Part shown: one piece after another, positions 53,977 to 64,000 of the stretch
Layout: each line of letters starts with the position of its first letter
Position numbering within the stretch: position 1 is the first letter of the stretch
NCBI GenBank assembly: GCA_030264375.1
Contig: JASCQW010000081.1
Location: 58,473,392 to 58,537,391, forward strand
Reading direction: 5' to 3'
DNA length: 64,000 nt
From: Carcharhinus longimanus
Lineage: Eukaryota
The notes under the pieces: model-generated
Told to the model about the DNA's origin: nothing
Databases searched by the model: none
What the model saw: only the letters and a program-made list of their open reading frames with translations
Made by a program: the position numbers and the translations under genes

Positions 53977-55041
53977 GTTATATTATTTAGATAATGTAAA
54001 CAGTAAATAAGTTCAAATTCTTGAAGGTATTACTCAAATTGTATTAATAGAACTGAGGATTCTATAAAAACTGTCACTATACAGGACTATTTTAGTAAAT
54101 CGTCTAATCAGCAAAATATGCCTGACAACGCAAGCTTCTAATTTTTTTGTACATGTTTTACCATTACAAATTAGTACAGATTATATTTGTTCATTACATG
54201 TAATCATATCTTGTGTGACATGCAAACAGTATTATGAAGTGTCAGCCATTGTAATTTCCCAATATTTAAAGTAAACATAAATCTGTTACTAAGTATTATG
54301 ACTAAAGTTTTTCACATACAACTGACAAAATATACAGAAACATGATTGCATAAATTAGACTTAAATAATTTTTTTTTAAAAAAGGTTTTGACATTAATTT
54401 CAGGCCTTGTAGAGGGATTGGAAGCCTGAGGCTTTGAGCAAACAAAAATTAAACAATCAGCTAGAAAAATGCTGAAGTACATCCTTTGTCTAGCAGGTAT
54501 AGCACTTTAACTCACGGCAAACATGTAGAACATATTAGGGCCAAGGTCAAACGGAGGAGAAGAAGAAACACCACAATCACTTAATCACAGATCACATTCC
54601 ATCTGGACAGTAAGAAAATGAGAGTTTCCCCTTCTGCCTGGTTGTAATCACTGTGGCAACACAATAAGACACATTGAGCACATGCAGTTGCAATGTTACA
54701 TTTGTTTCACAGCACTCAGACTGTGAAATGTGATCACACAGCAGATTTATAAGTTAGAACACTTGGGACTTTGGCCTCAGGAAAATCTTGTAAAATAACC
54801 ATAACTCTGCAACAATCTGTCTTTTTATAGGAGTTTTAAGGAAAGAGNNNNNNNNNNNNNNNNNNNNNNNNNNNNNNNNNNNNNNNNNNNNNNNNNNNNN
54901 NNNNNNNNNNNNNNNNNNNNNNNNNNNNNNNNNNNNNAAAAGATAACTGCAAAGTCTCATACAAGATACTGAACAATCTAAAGTGACTTAATTTTCTACT
55001 TTAGCCCTATTTGTTTTCATTGATGCTGCAATGTAGATAAT

Positions 55042-55167
55042 TGCCGGTATTTTACGACCTTGCATGGGCAAGGCTCGTAAAATCCCTCCCAGGGCCAATG
55101 GAGAATTCCGCTCTGTGAGCCTCACCCGCCCTGGTTCCCGGGCGGGAGTACCGGTAAAATTCCGGCA
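55042..55167. mobile_element. 126-bp MITE (Harbinger-type ends)
   Basis: TIRs TGCCGGTATTTTAC / GTAAAATTCCGGCA. Confidence 0.75.
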
Positions 55168-56515
55168 GATGTCTTGCGAATATTCAGATTAGTGCATTGC
55201 AGTGCTCTTGGCATTTAATGTTACCATACTTTAGCCATTTCCTACATTAAAGTAAAATTTTCATTTTAGAACTGAATCTGCTCTAAATGCTGCACGTGTT
55301 AGAAAGAACACATAATCAGTGCAATGCAGACACATCCAATCCACCAAGCAGAAAACTAGTTTCTGGCATGACTGAGCTGGACCTGAAAAAAAATTGAAAC
55401 ATTTGCTCTCTGCTCCCTTTCACACAATTTAATAGACTGAATGTGGGAGAAAAGGGAGGGATAGACAGAAAATACTTAATTGAATTGACAGGGTTGATGC
55501 AGATAAGATGGTTTNNNNNNNNNNCACACTAGACAGTAATAACTGTACTTCTCCCTTCCCCCACCCCTTCTCCCAGCCACCCCCTGCCAAATTGAACATT
55601 CCTACCCAAATTTATGGTGAAGCTCAGAGAGGTTAGCTGGAATGTGTGTTTCACATTCTGCCAAACCACACTGACAAAAAACAAATCAGTTAAACCAGTT
55701 CAGTTTTAAAATAGACAACTACAAGAAAAGCAGCTAGATAGTGGAGGAAATTTCCAAAGGAACCTTTAAAATGACGAAAGAAGCTAGAAAGAATTTTCTA
55801 TTGTACCTGCACCTTCTGTCCATTCCTAATTTGTGTATTGTCTTCCATAACTACACAGGAACCCATTACGATACAGATTTGAACATGGGCAGACAAGTAA
55901 AATAAAGTCTGAACCTGAGCAAAACTAAGCGTTCATTTTTCAGCAAGAATTTCTAGTTGACTAAACTTGGGCAGTGGCAGGTGTAGAGAAGACCATGTTC
56001 CTTTTGAAAGCACCAACTTCAATCCCACCCCTTGAGAAGTAAAGAGGCATGATAAGAAATATGATGAAAAAGCAAGGCCAACATAAATTTCCTAAAATGT
56101 TTTCTGATCAGTTCTGAAATTGTAGCCTTCATTTAAATCTATTCATGCTATAATCAATTTTTATTTTAAAGGACAAATATATCAAAGGAATATATCAGGA
56201 AGAGTTTATAGAATGATTTTACGGACATCACAAAAATGCTAACAGTTTTGTCTTGTCCTGTTTGCATTCCCCTTTTTTTTCTGTGAAATGGCAGTTCATG
56301 AAAATCAATGCATGCATTTTTAAAGATTAAAACACATAAAACACTGAAGAAACTACTCAAAGTCAGTTAGAAGCTGTTTTGTTCAGCATATGTTTAATAA
56401 GTAAAATAGTCCAGGCTGTATTGGCCAACAGCTCAAAATCACATGGTGTAGGAATATATCCACCCAACTCCACATTTTTCCAATGCTGGTAGTAATATCT
56501 TATATAATGCAAAAG

Positions 56516-57316
56516 GCAGGGATTCTGTTAGCGTTTTATACAACCTGCCAGTTTCTTGTGCTGCAGATTAAAATTGGGACAGAACAAAGAGTCAGAAATA
56601 AAGAATGCTATTTAATGGTTAGGATGGCATTTCATCTGTTGGTCGGAAAGCTGGTGAGAACCATGTGTCACCTCTTTCAGGGAAGGCCCATCAAGCTAAG
56701 TGCCCGTCAGCCCTTACTGGGAAACTGGGGGCCTCCCTCGGATCAAGGGCACTGGCAGAAAAGTCCCGCTACAAACACTGTCAGCCAAAGGCCAGCCATT
56801 CTTCATTGCTTGACAGCACTAGTGGGAGGCAGTGGTTGCTGCTGGTTCTACACTACCTGAGGCCTAGGATCACTGTGGACCCAGACAACATTGAGTGATA
56901 GTGGGTACCGGTATGGGCTCGGGCTCGCAGGGTGTGAGGCTGTGAAGGCAGGGTTGGGAGGTGGAGAGGGGTGGTGGGAGAGGGTTTGCAATTAGGCCCC
57001 TTCCCCTCCTCGATGTTGGATCTCTTGATCAGACACATGAGGTTTCTCCCCTCCCCACCCCACATACCCGAAACCTGCAAGCAAACCTGCTAGGGTTTGC
57101 TTTTTAAGTTTCTGGTATGGCAAGTTCCTTGGGCGAATATCAGTGGCAATAGGATAAGGCCCCTAAGTGGACATTAATTGACAGCAGGATGGGAAGTCCA
57201 TCCAAGGGCCATCTTGGCACAGACTTAAGACTGGGCAGTTGTGCGGATCCCTTCTGCTCAGTTAAATGCACTCCCCACTTCCAAATTCTCCACAGGGTGG
57301 GCATGAAATTCCACCT
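56516..57316. mobile_element. Decayed GC-rich non-autonomous DNA transposon
   Basis: Ends aggcagggattct / gaaattccacct; body shares ttaattg and cccc motifs with 32400-32720. Confidence 0.45.
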
Positions 57317-58019
57317 GAAGCCTTTACAATGAGTTCAGACACCGAAAGCACTGCTGAGCCTGCAATATAATGCAGTTGCGATCATTGCATTGCAAAATGT
57401 TGGTGTAATTCGCTCAATATGAATTTAAATGCAGTCTCTGTGTTCCCCATTCTTTGTGCTGCTGATATGGCTACCAAGTAATATATGTTAGCTTTAGAAG
57501 CAAATTGTTCAATATTTTCTAAACCTGTCACAGGCTGATTTGGTATTTTACATTAGCCTTGAACAGCATTCCTCAACCTGCTAGCAAGTTGGCCTTTTGA
57601 TCTACTTTAAACTTTTGAAGGGTTAGTGGAATAAAACAGCTCTTGAAACAATGTCTAATTTACTGATATGGGTTTTAAGTGAAATACTGCAGAATCGGTA
57701 CTGAACAAAAAACTATAAAAGTTAAAACATATAAGCAAAATAAGAAAAATAATGGGAAGCAAAGCAGAGAAAAGCTTAAAATTTCTAAGGCTTTTCTTTG
57801 AGATACAGTAAAATGTATAGTTTGAAACTGTAAATTTCAGTGATGATACTCTAGATATCTGAAAGATATTAGGTGGAACTTATAGAATTCCATGCTACTG
57901 GAATTCCCTGGACCTCCTGGCATGCTGACATTTTAAAAAATGGAAAATAAAGTTATACGGACAATCTAATGATGTTAGTGAACTCCAGCATTTGGTCAAG
58001 TCAAGATTCTATCATGCTA

Positions 58020-59335
58020 GTGCCATTTTAGTACTTGATTTGATTAATGGTAAATTTATCCTTTGTATGGTAAACCTAATGGTAAACAGTTTTTTTAAAT
58101 GTATTATTGTGCAATAAATAATGGATTTGCTCAAGATACTCTTTAGAAAAGATAAAAACTGGAAAAAATTGAGTAGCAGATACAAGGCAGTAGCAACACA
58201 AATATGAAATTGGCTGAGAAGCAGAAAACAGCAAGTAGCAATAAACAGTTGTTTTTTTTTGGACTAAAGGAAGGTACACAGCATTGTTCCCAGGAGTCAG
58301 TACTACGACCATTTTTTTCATGATATATTAATGACCTAGACTTTGGTGTACAGGGTACAATTTAAAAATTTGCCAATGACACAAAACTTGGAAGCAACAT
58401 GAACTGTCAGAGAATTGGTGGCAGACTTAGAGAGGACACAAGACAGGCTGGTCGAATGATCATATAGTTGGCAGATGAAATTTAATCCAGAGAAACGTGA
58501 ATTGATTGATTTTGGTTGGAAATGGAAAGATAATGTAAACTAAAGAGTGCAATTCTATAGAAGTGCACAAGAACATGGAGATGTACTTGCACAAATTGGT
58601 GAAGGTGACAGCTCAAGTTGAGAAACTTTTTAATAAAGCACACAGGACCCAGGCTTTATAAACAGAGGCTGAGAGCTTGATTTTCTGGCCTCGCCTGCTA
58701 CTGAAATTGTCTGGTCCTGTGGAAAGTCAATGGATTTTTGGCTGGGCCACCTCATCACCCATGGTGGGACCCACCACAGTAATGACCCCTTATAAAACAC
58801 AGATTTAGCCTCAAATGGAGTACCATATCCAATACTGGGCACATTCTTTAGGAAGGATATGAACCCATTAGAAACTGATGAGGGATCCAGAGATAAGGAA
58901 CTGCAGTTACATGAATAGATTGGCAAAATATGGGTTGTTCTCATTACAGAAGGGAAGGTTGAGCAGAAATATAGAGTGCTAAATCATGAGGAGTCTCGAC
59001 AGAGTAGACAAAGGAAAACTATTCCTTTTAATGGAGGGATTGAAAACCTGAGGACACAAATCTCAAATGACTGGCAAAAAAAACTAAAGGCAATATGAGA
59101 AAACTTTCTCTTTTTAACACAGCAAATGGTCAGGATCTGGAATCAGAGGGTGGTAGAGACAGTTTCAAGTGCGGCTTTCAAAAACGAATTGGATAAGTAC
59201 CTGAAGATAAAATATTAAGCAGGGCTATGAAGAAAGGACAGGGATGTGGAACTAGCTAAATTGTTCTTGTAGAGAGTTGACATGGGTACAGTTGTTGAAT
59301 GGCCTCCTTCGATGCTGAAACTATTCTATGATTTC
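58020..59335 (+). mobile_element. CR1-like LINE, about 1.3 kb of RT plus 3' tail, decayed
   Basis: YINDLDFGVQGTI*KFANDTKLG and WQMKFN motifs; tail gaatggcctccttc...ttctatgatt. Confidence 0.85.
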
Positions 59336-60220
59336 ACAAAAACATATGAAGGAGTAAGAAGAAGACAGAAAGTGACCAAAGGGCAGAAACCAGGAATGAT
59401 CAAAATAGAGAAATGATCACAATAGAGAAAGCAACTGTATGAGTGCACACAGGAGCCTGGGAAAATGTAATGAATAAACTGTCTCAATGAACACAACAAA
59501 TGCAGCAGTTTTCAGGTGATCCAATGGACTGCTGCAATGCCCAAGGGGTGTGAATTTGCATAATATGAACTGTGTGCATTGCACTACTTTCAATCAACAT
59601 AACTGGTAATATTAGTATGTGCCAGTGTCATCCCACAAAAATGAGGGAGCATACAGCACAATAATAATGGTTTTCGAGAAGAACATGTGAAACAGAAATA
59701 ATTGCACGGTTTTCATGTACGGGAGTGAACAGAACACAGCTTTTTCAAGCAGCACAGCAAGACCTTAAGAGAGCAAAAGTTTAAGACATCACATGTCAAA
59801 GTGATGACATGCAACAGAGAATGACAGTGCAAGCAAGCACCACAGGGAGAGTATGACAAAGATAACTTATGTGTGGTGCCATCACTTGTAATTTTGAGTG
59901 AGATTGAAGAAAACAGAAAAGTGGGTGCACAGCATCTGACTGAGGAATGAGCCAGAGAATATGGGAGGGGGATGGCAAGTGATACAGGAAGAGGGAAGTC
60001 ACGGCTAGCGTCACTACAGACAATGGGACTGTATACTGAAGGAAATAGCATGCATCACAAGAAAGGAGTAAGAGGCATCACGATCAAATAGTGCGGCAAT
60101 TAAAATAGAAGGGAGAAGAAAAGCATAATATGAGAGAAATAGGTTACATGCATTGTCCTAAAATAAAAACAAAACAAGATCTCAATTGTGTAAAGGAACA
60201 ACATGAGGTATTTAAAAGGT

Positions 60221-60559
60221 GAGCGGCACGGTAGCACAGTGGTCAGCACTGCTGCTTCACAGCTCCAGGGACTTAGGTTCAATTCCCGGCTTGGGTCACC
60301 GTCTGTGGAGTTTGCACATTCTCCTTGTGTCTGCGTGGGTTTCCTCTGGGTGCTCCAGTTTCCTCCGACAGTCCAAAGATGTGCAGGTTAGGTTGATTAG
60401 CCATGCCAAAATTGCCCCTTAGTGTCCTGAGATGCATAGGTTAGAGGCATTAGCAGGTGTCAGGATATGGGGGTAGGGCCTCGGTAGGATTGTTGTTGGT
60501 GCAGACTCGATGGGCCAGATGGCCGCTTTCTGCACTGTAGGGTTTCTATGATGATTCTA
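60221..60559 (+). mobile_element. HE1-like SINE, best-preserved full-length copy, tail type A
   Basis: A-box TAGCACAGTGG, B-box GGTTCAATTCC, conserved core, CR1-like tail. Confidence 0.9.
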
Positions 60560-61229
60560 ATGGGTTGAAGAGAAATAAAATAGGGAGTGGGGATATAGAA
60601 AGAAAAGAGAGAACGCAAGTAGCTAGACTTATGTCAGTTCAAGGATGGCTTGATGGCTTGAATTTTGAACTTGGATTTGCTGATAATGACAAAATAAATT
60701 TAAAATCTCAAGTATTTTAATAACACTGCGTCATATCCTGAAGTATAAAAACATGAAAAAAAAGTTCTTAAAAACCAGAGTATACGACAGGTTAAATTTT
60801 AGAAACATCTAGATAGCCTGCTCAAAAAATAATTCTATTAAACAAAAACTCTCATGTTCCGTAAGCAAGGACTGTGGACAATAAAATAAAAATTATTTGA
60901 TAGAACTTTCGCAACACAAATGCAATGTTTTTCAATGTGATTTTTCTTTGGGGCTGTTAGGGTATAGAATGAGAGGGAATGATACCTGGTGCATTATTTC
61001 ATCAAATCAATTAGCTTTTACAATTTTCAGGAATAATGGGCAAGTATATTGTGCAGTAGAAACACAAGAAAAAAATGCTAATGCTAATGATTCAAATAAT
61101 GCTCTGAGAAATTCTTGAGCAGCTTTTGTAAATAAAAGCTAGTCAGTAATGTGAGATAATGGTTCAGAATGCCGTACACCCAGTTGCTACAATTTGTGGC
61201 CTCTAATTCAGTTGGAACACAAAGCTATT

Positions 61230-62467
61230 ACTTACATTTATCTGAATACAGTTTTATTTTTCCAAAACATTTAAATAAGCAGGAGCATTGCATCTTAACA
61301 AAGATAAACTTGCACTTTATTCACCAATGGAATGACTCAGCAAAAAGATGGAATGTGAATTATGCTTCTCTAGCTGCTTAAATTTCATGCTGTTTAAAAC
61401 AGACACACATGGATCACTAGTCTAAACATAGAATTAAAATGATTTTAAAAATCTTGTTCCTTTCCAATTTCCATAATTTTCTTTATTCAACATCTAATGC
61501 CTCGTTGTCTCGCTTCAGTACGACTGACCTGGTATCAGAACTTGGCCTCTACGTTCACTCATCACTCACAACATTATTACTATCACTATCCTTTCTTGAT
61601 GTTCAAGGTACACTGTACCTATTAAGAGGGCATCAAGTAAAACAGCAGAAATTACAGGCAACACCATTCTCTAATGAGACTTGTGTTGCACACGTCAGTA
61701 GTGTAGTCAGCAGTAATACTAGGATTGCCAGCACAGATCAGGGTTTTTTTTTAACCATATGGTTTAAAAACATCTTAACTACGCCAGTGATGCTGTACTC
61801 TCTCTGAACACTGAGCAACTAAACTTTTTTGGGTTAATTGCCAATACTGGTACACAACCTGTTTCTAGCAGATATTCTGGAAAATAATGTACCAGTAAAG
61901 TAGCCTTGATTAGAGAAAATCACCATAACATGGCACCCTTTTGGATTAATCAGCCATCATCAGCCCCTTTATGCAAATATGGCTAATACTGTAGAATGCT
62001 GAATGCATATAAAACACCTACCCTTTAAAATATAGCGTAACAGAATCTTATGGCAGTTGTAAAAACATGAAAAATGTGACTAAGGCAAAAATATTACTTG
62101 CTAGTTTAAATATGTAACATTCAGATCCTCCAGTGTACCAGACAATGAGTTATGGTATTGATGTCACATTAATTAACAAGTAGAAAACTACAAGCATGAT
62201 CAAGGTAAAATCACTTCACAATTAAACGTTTTACCTCTAATTGCAATAGTGACGTCCTTCAATGCCTCGTAATACATACATTCCAGTTGTGCATAATGAA
62301 AGCAGAGTTTGGTGTCCAGTTTTCAATTATTGTATATACTAGATCTTTATCAAATATACAAACATAAGAGTTGCTCTTGGCAACTAGATTACCCCTTNNN
62401 NNNNNNNNNNNNNNNNNNNNNNGCAATTGTTTAATGCCATTAAATATTTTCATGATGGCTCTCCTTA
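61230..62467 (-). other. CAMSAP2: CAMSAP2 3' UTR (end uncertain); candidate AATAAA signals at about 61253, 61316 and 61482
   Basis: Repeat-free AT-rich sequence after the stop codon; TTTATT on the plus strand. Confidence 0.55.
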
Positions 62468-62773
62468 CTATGACCTTGTTGGGGTGAGCTTTTTGGGTGT
62501 GTTGGGTCTTTTATATTGCCACAGATAGCCATGGATGATAATTGCGTCCACACAGGCAGACAACGATTTGGCAGGAATGCGACTAAACTGTTTGCGGTCA
62601 GAGTTGTACTTGTAGAGTCCTTCGATCATTTTCTTTCCAATGTTTTTAGGCCCGATTCCTGCCAACTTAATAATTTCTTCGGTTTCTGGACTGTAGGTAT
62701 AGAGTGAACGGAATTGGCAACCAGCATCCCGGAAAAGAATCAAGAAGTTATTGGCTTCCGAATTTTCCATTTC
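62468..62773 (-). CDS. CAMSAP2: CAMSAP2 last coding exon, CKK domain (EMENSEANNFLILFRDAGCQFRSLYTYSPETEEI...KRPNTPKKLTPTRS*)
   Basis: ORF 62468..62770; ttttag|GAA acceptor; tandem stops TAG TAA; ANNFLILFRD and TPKKL-PT C-terminus favour CAMSAP2 over CAMSAP1/3. Confidence 0.93.
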   Translation of the reverse strand, partial: EMENSEANNFLILFRDAGCQFRSLYTYSPETEEIIKLAGIGPKNIGKKMIEGLYKYNSDRKQFSRIPAKSLSACVDAIIIHGYLWQYKRPNTPKKLTPTRS

Positions 62774-63176
62774 CTAAAAATATACAAAACATAGCTGTGA
62801 TAATTTGGTCATCTTTAACCTAATGAAAGCATATTTTAACTTACTATAGAAACATTTAATTGAACTAATAATTACAAAAGCCAACAATCCACACAGGTAG
62901 GTATGGTCTTTGTACTAGGATGAGCTGGTTGATCTCAGCCAGTGTGTTAACAGCAGTGCTACAACAAGACACAGCTGTAGTGCCTCATGTAGATATAGCC
63001 TGAGAATTCCATCCAGGCTCACTCATGAAGAATAAACTCTTAATTTAGGTGTTTGGTCACACCAGGTACATGTACCTGCCATGCCTTAATAGTCTATGCA
63101 ATACAAAAATGCGGACAATTGTAATAAACAATATTAAAATGAATGAATGCAGTCTTTGCTTGTTCATTTGACGTTA

Positions 63177-63327
63177 TCACAGAATCCCTACAGTGCAGAA
63201 TGAGGCCATTTGGCCCACCAACACAATCCCACCCAGGCCCTATCCCCAAAACCCCATGTATTTGCCCTGCTAATCCTCCTGACACTAGGGGACAATTTAG
63301 CATGACCAATCAATCTATCCCCCACAT
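63177..63327 (-). mobile_element. HE1-like SINE 3' fragment, tail type A
   Basis: agaatccctacagtgcaga...gggacaatttagcatg. Confidence 0.8.
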
Positions 63328-63881
63328 CATAGCAGCTGTTTTCTTTTAACCAAAACAAAACCATCCAGCAACATTATAAAACACATTAACTCAAAAAAGT
63401 CATAGAGGAAGTTTATACAATTTTAATTTGAATTATTTGTCAATTTTAGTTATAAGGCTGCATGTATAAAGTTCTGATATAGCAAAAAAATGTTTGCCTT
63501 TGCCAGAAAAATGTTCTACCAATACATATAAGGTTTCCTCTGAACTTTGAGTTTGTCCAGTATCATCCCTATGAAGCCATCACAAGTTGAAAAGGACTGT
63601 GCACTTAAAGAAATTGCCCGTGTGCTCCTCAAAAAAGTTCAGGGGCAATGATGAGCATATAATATGCTCCACTCACCGTATATGTACTACTACACCAACC
63701 ACTATAAAAATGAAGGTTTTAAATTAAATGAAAAGCTTCTCATGACTGTTGAGGGTAGACAGCTCAGTTTTGGACTTTGCTGCATTAAATTATGTGATAA
63801 ATAGCTATTGTCTTTTTGGTTTTTTAAAACAAAGATTGGTTTTGGCAACACTACAGATGATATTAAGAATCCAGATCTTAC

Positions 63882-64000
63882 CGCAAGTATTTTATTCTTC
63901 TGATTCTCATTCACTTTTCCAGCCAAACAGCAATGAGAGATTGCATTCTGAATTATATGCTTGTTTGATTTTGCACTGGGTTCCTTGTATAACTTTGGCC
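63882..64000 (-). CDS. CAMSAP2: CAMSAP2 penultimate coding exon (PKLYKEPSAKSNKHIIQNAISHCCLAGKVNENQKNKILA), acceptor beyond window edge
   Basis: Manual translation gives the start of the CKK domain; GCG|gtaaga donor, phase 0 matches last exon. Confidence 0.93.

Noticed and set aside
60221-60300. tRNA-like A-box/B-box sequence as a tRNA gene (also at 15417 and other SINE heads)
   Set aside because: It continues directly into a SINE core and tail, and no complete cloverleaf is evident
42260-60700. Human neighbours of either gene (TAF13, TMEM167B, GPR25) in the intergenic interval
   Set aside because: No recognisable peptide matches by eye; tBLASTn would be needed to exclude decayed remnants

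Overview
Vertebrate genomic DNA, very likely from a shark or other cartilaginous fish, judged from the repeat families; short N-gaps often lie next to young repeats. Two genes sit in tandem on the minus strand. (1) WDR47: a CpG-island promoter and putative non-coding exon 1 at about 41.4-41.6 kb, then 11 coding exons traced by hand from 27755 down to 727 with canonical, phase-consistent GT-AG junctions; the gene continues past the left edge. (2) The last two coding exons of CAMSAP2 (CKK domain, 62468-64000). WDR47 and CAMSAP proteins are known physical partners at microtubule minus ends, so their adjacency stands out. The rest is repeat-rich intron and intergenic DNA: tRNA-headed SINEs with two alternative tails, CR1/L2/Rex-like LINE fragments, a decayed Penelope-like element, Harbinger-type MITEs and local duplications. 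Best leads: minimal hammerhead-ribozyme motifs in short repeats inside WDR47 introns; a candidate 25-nt stop-containing microexon in CAMSAP2 that would remove most of the CKK domain; a candidate unannotated two-exon gene of about 92 aa between the two genes; and a large intronic fold-back element. Family names come from pattern recognition, not database searches.
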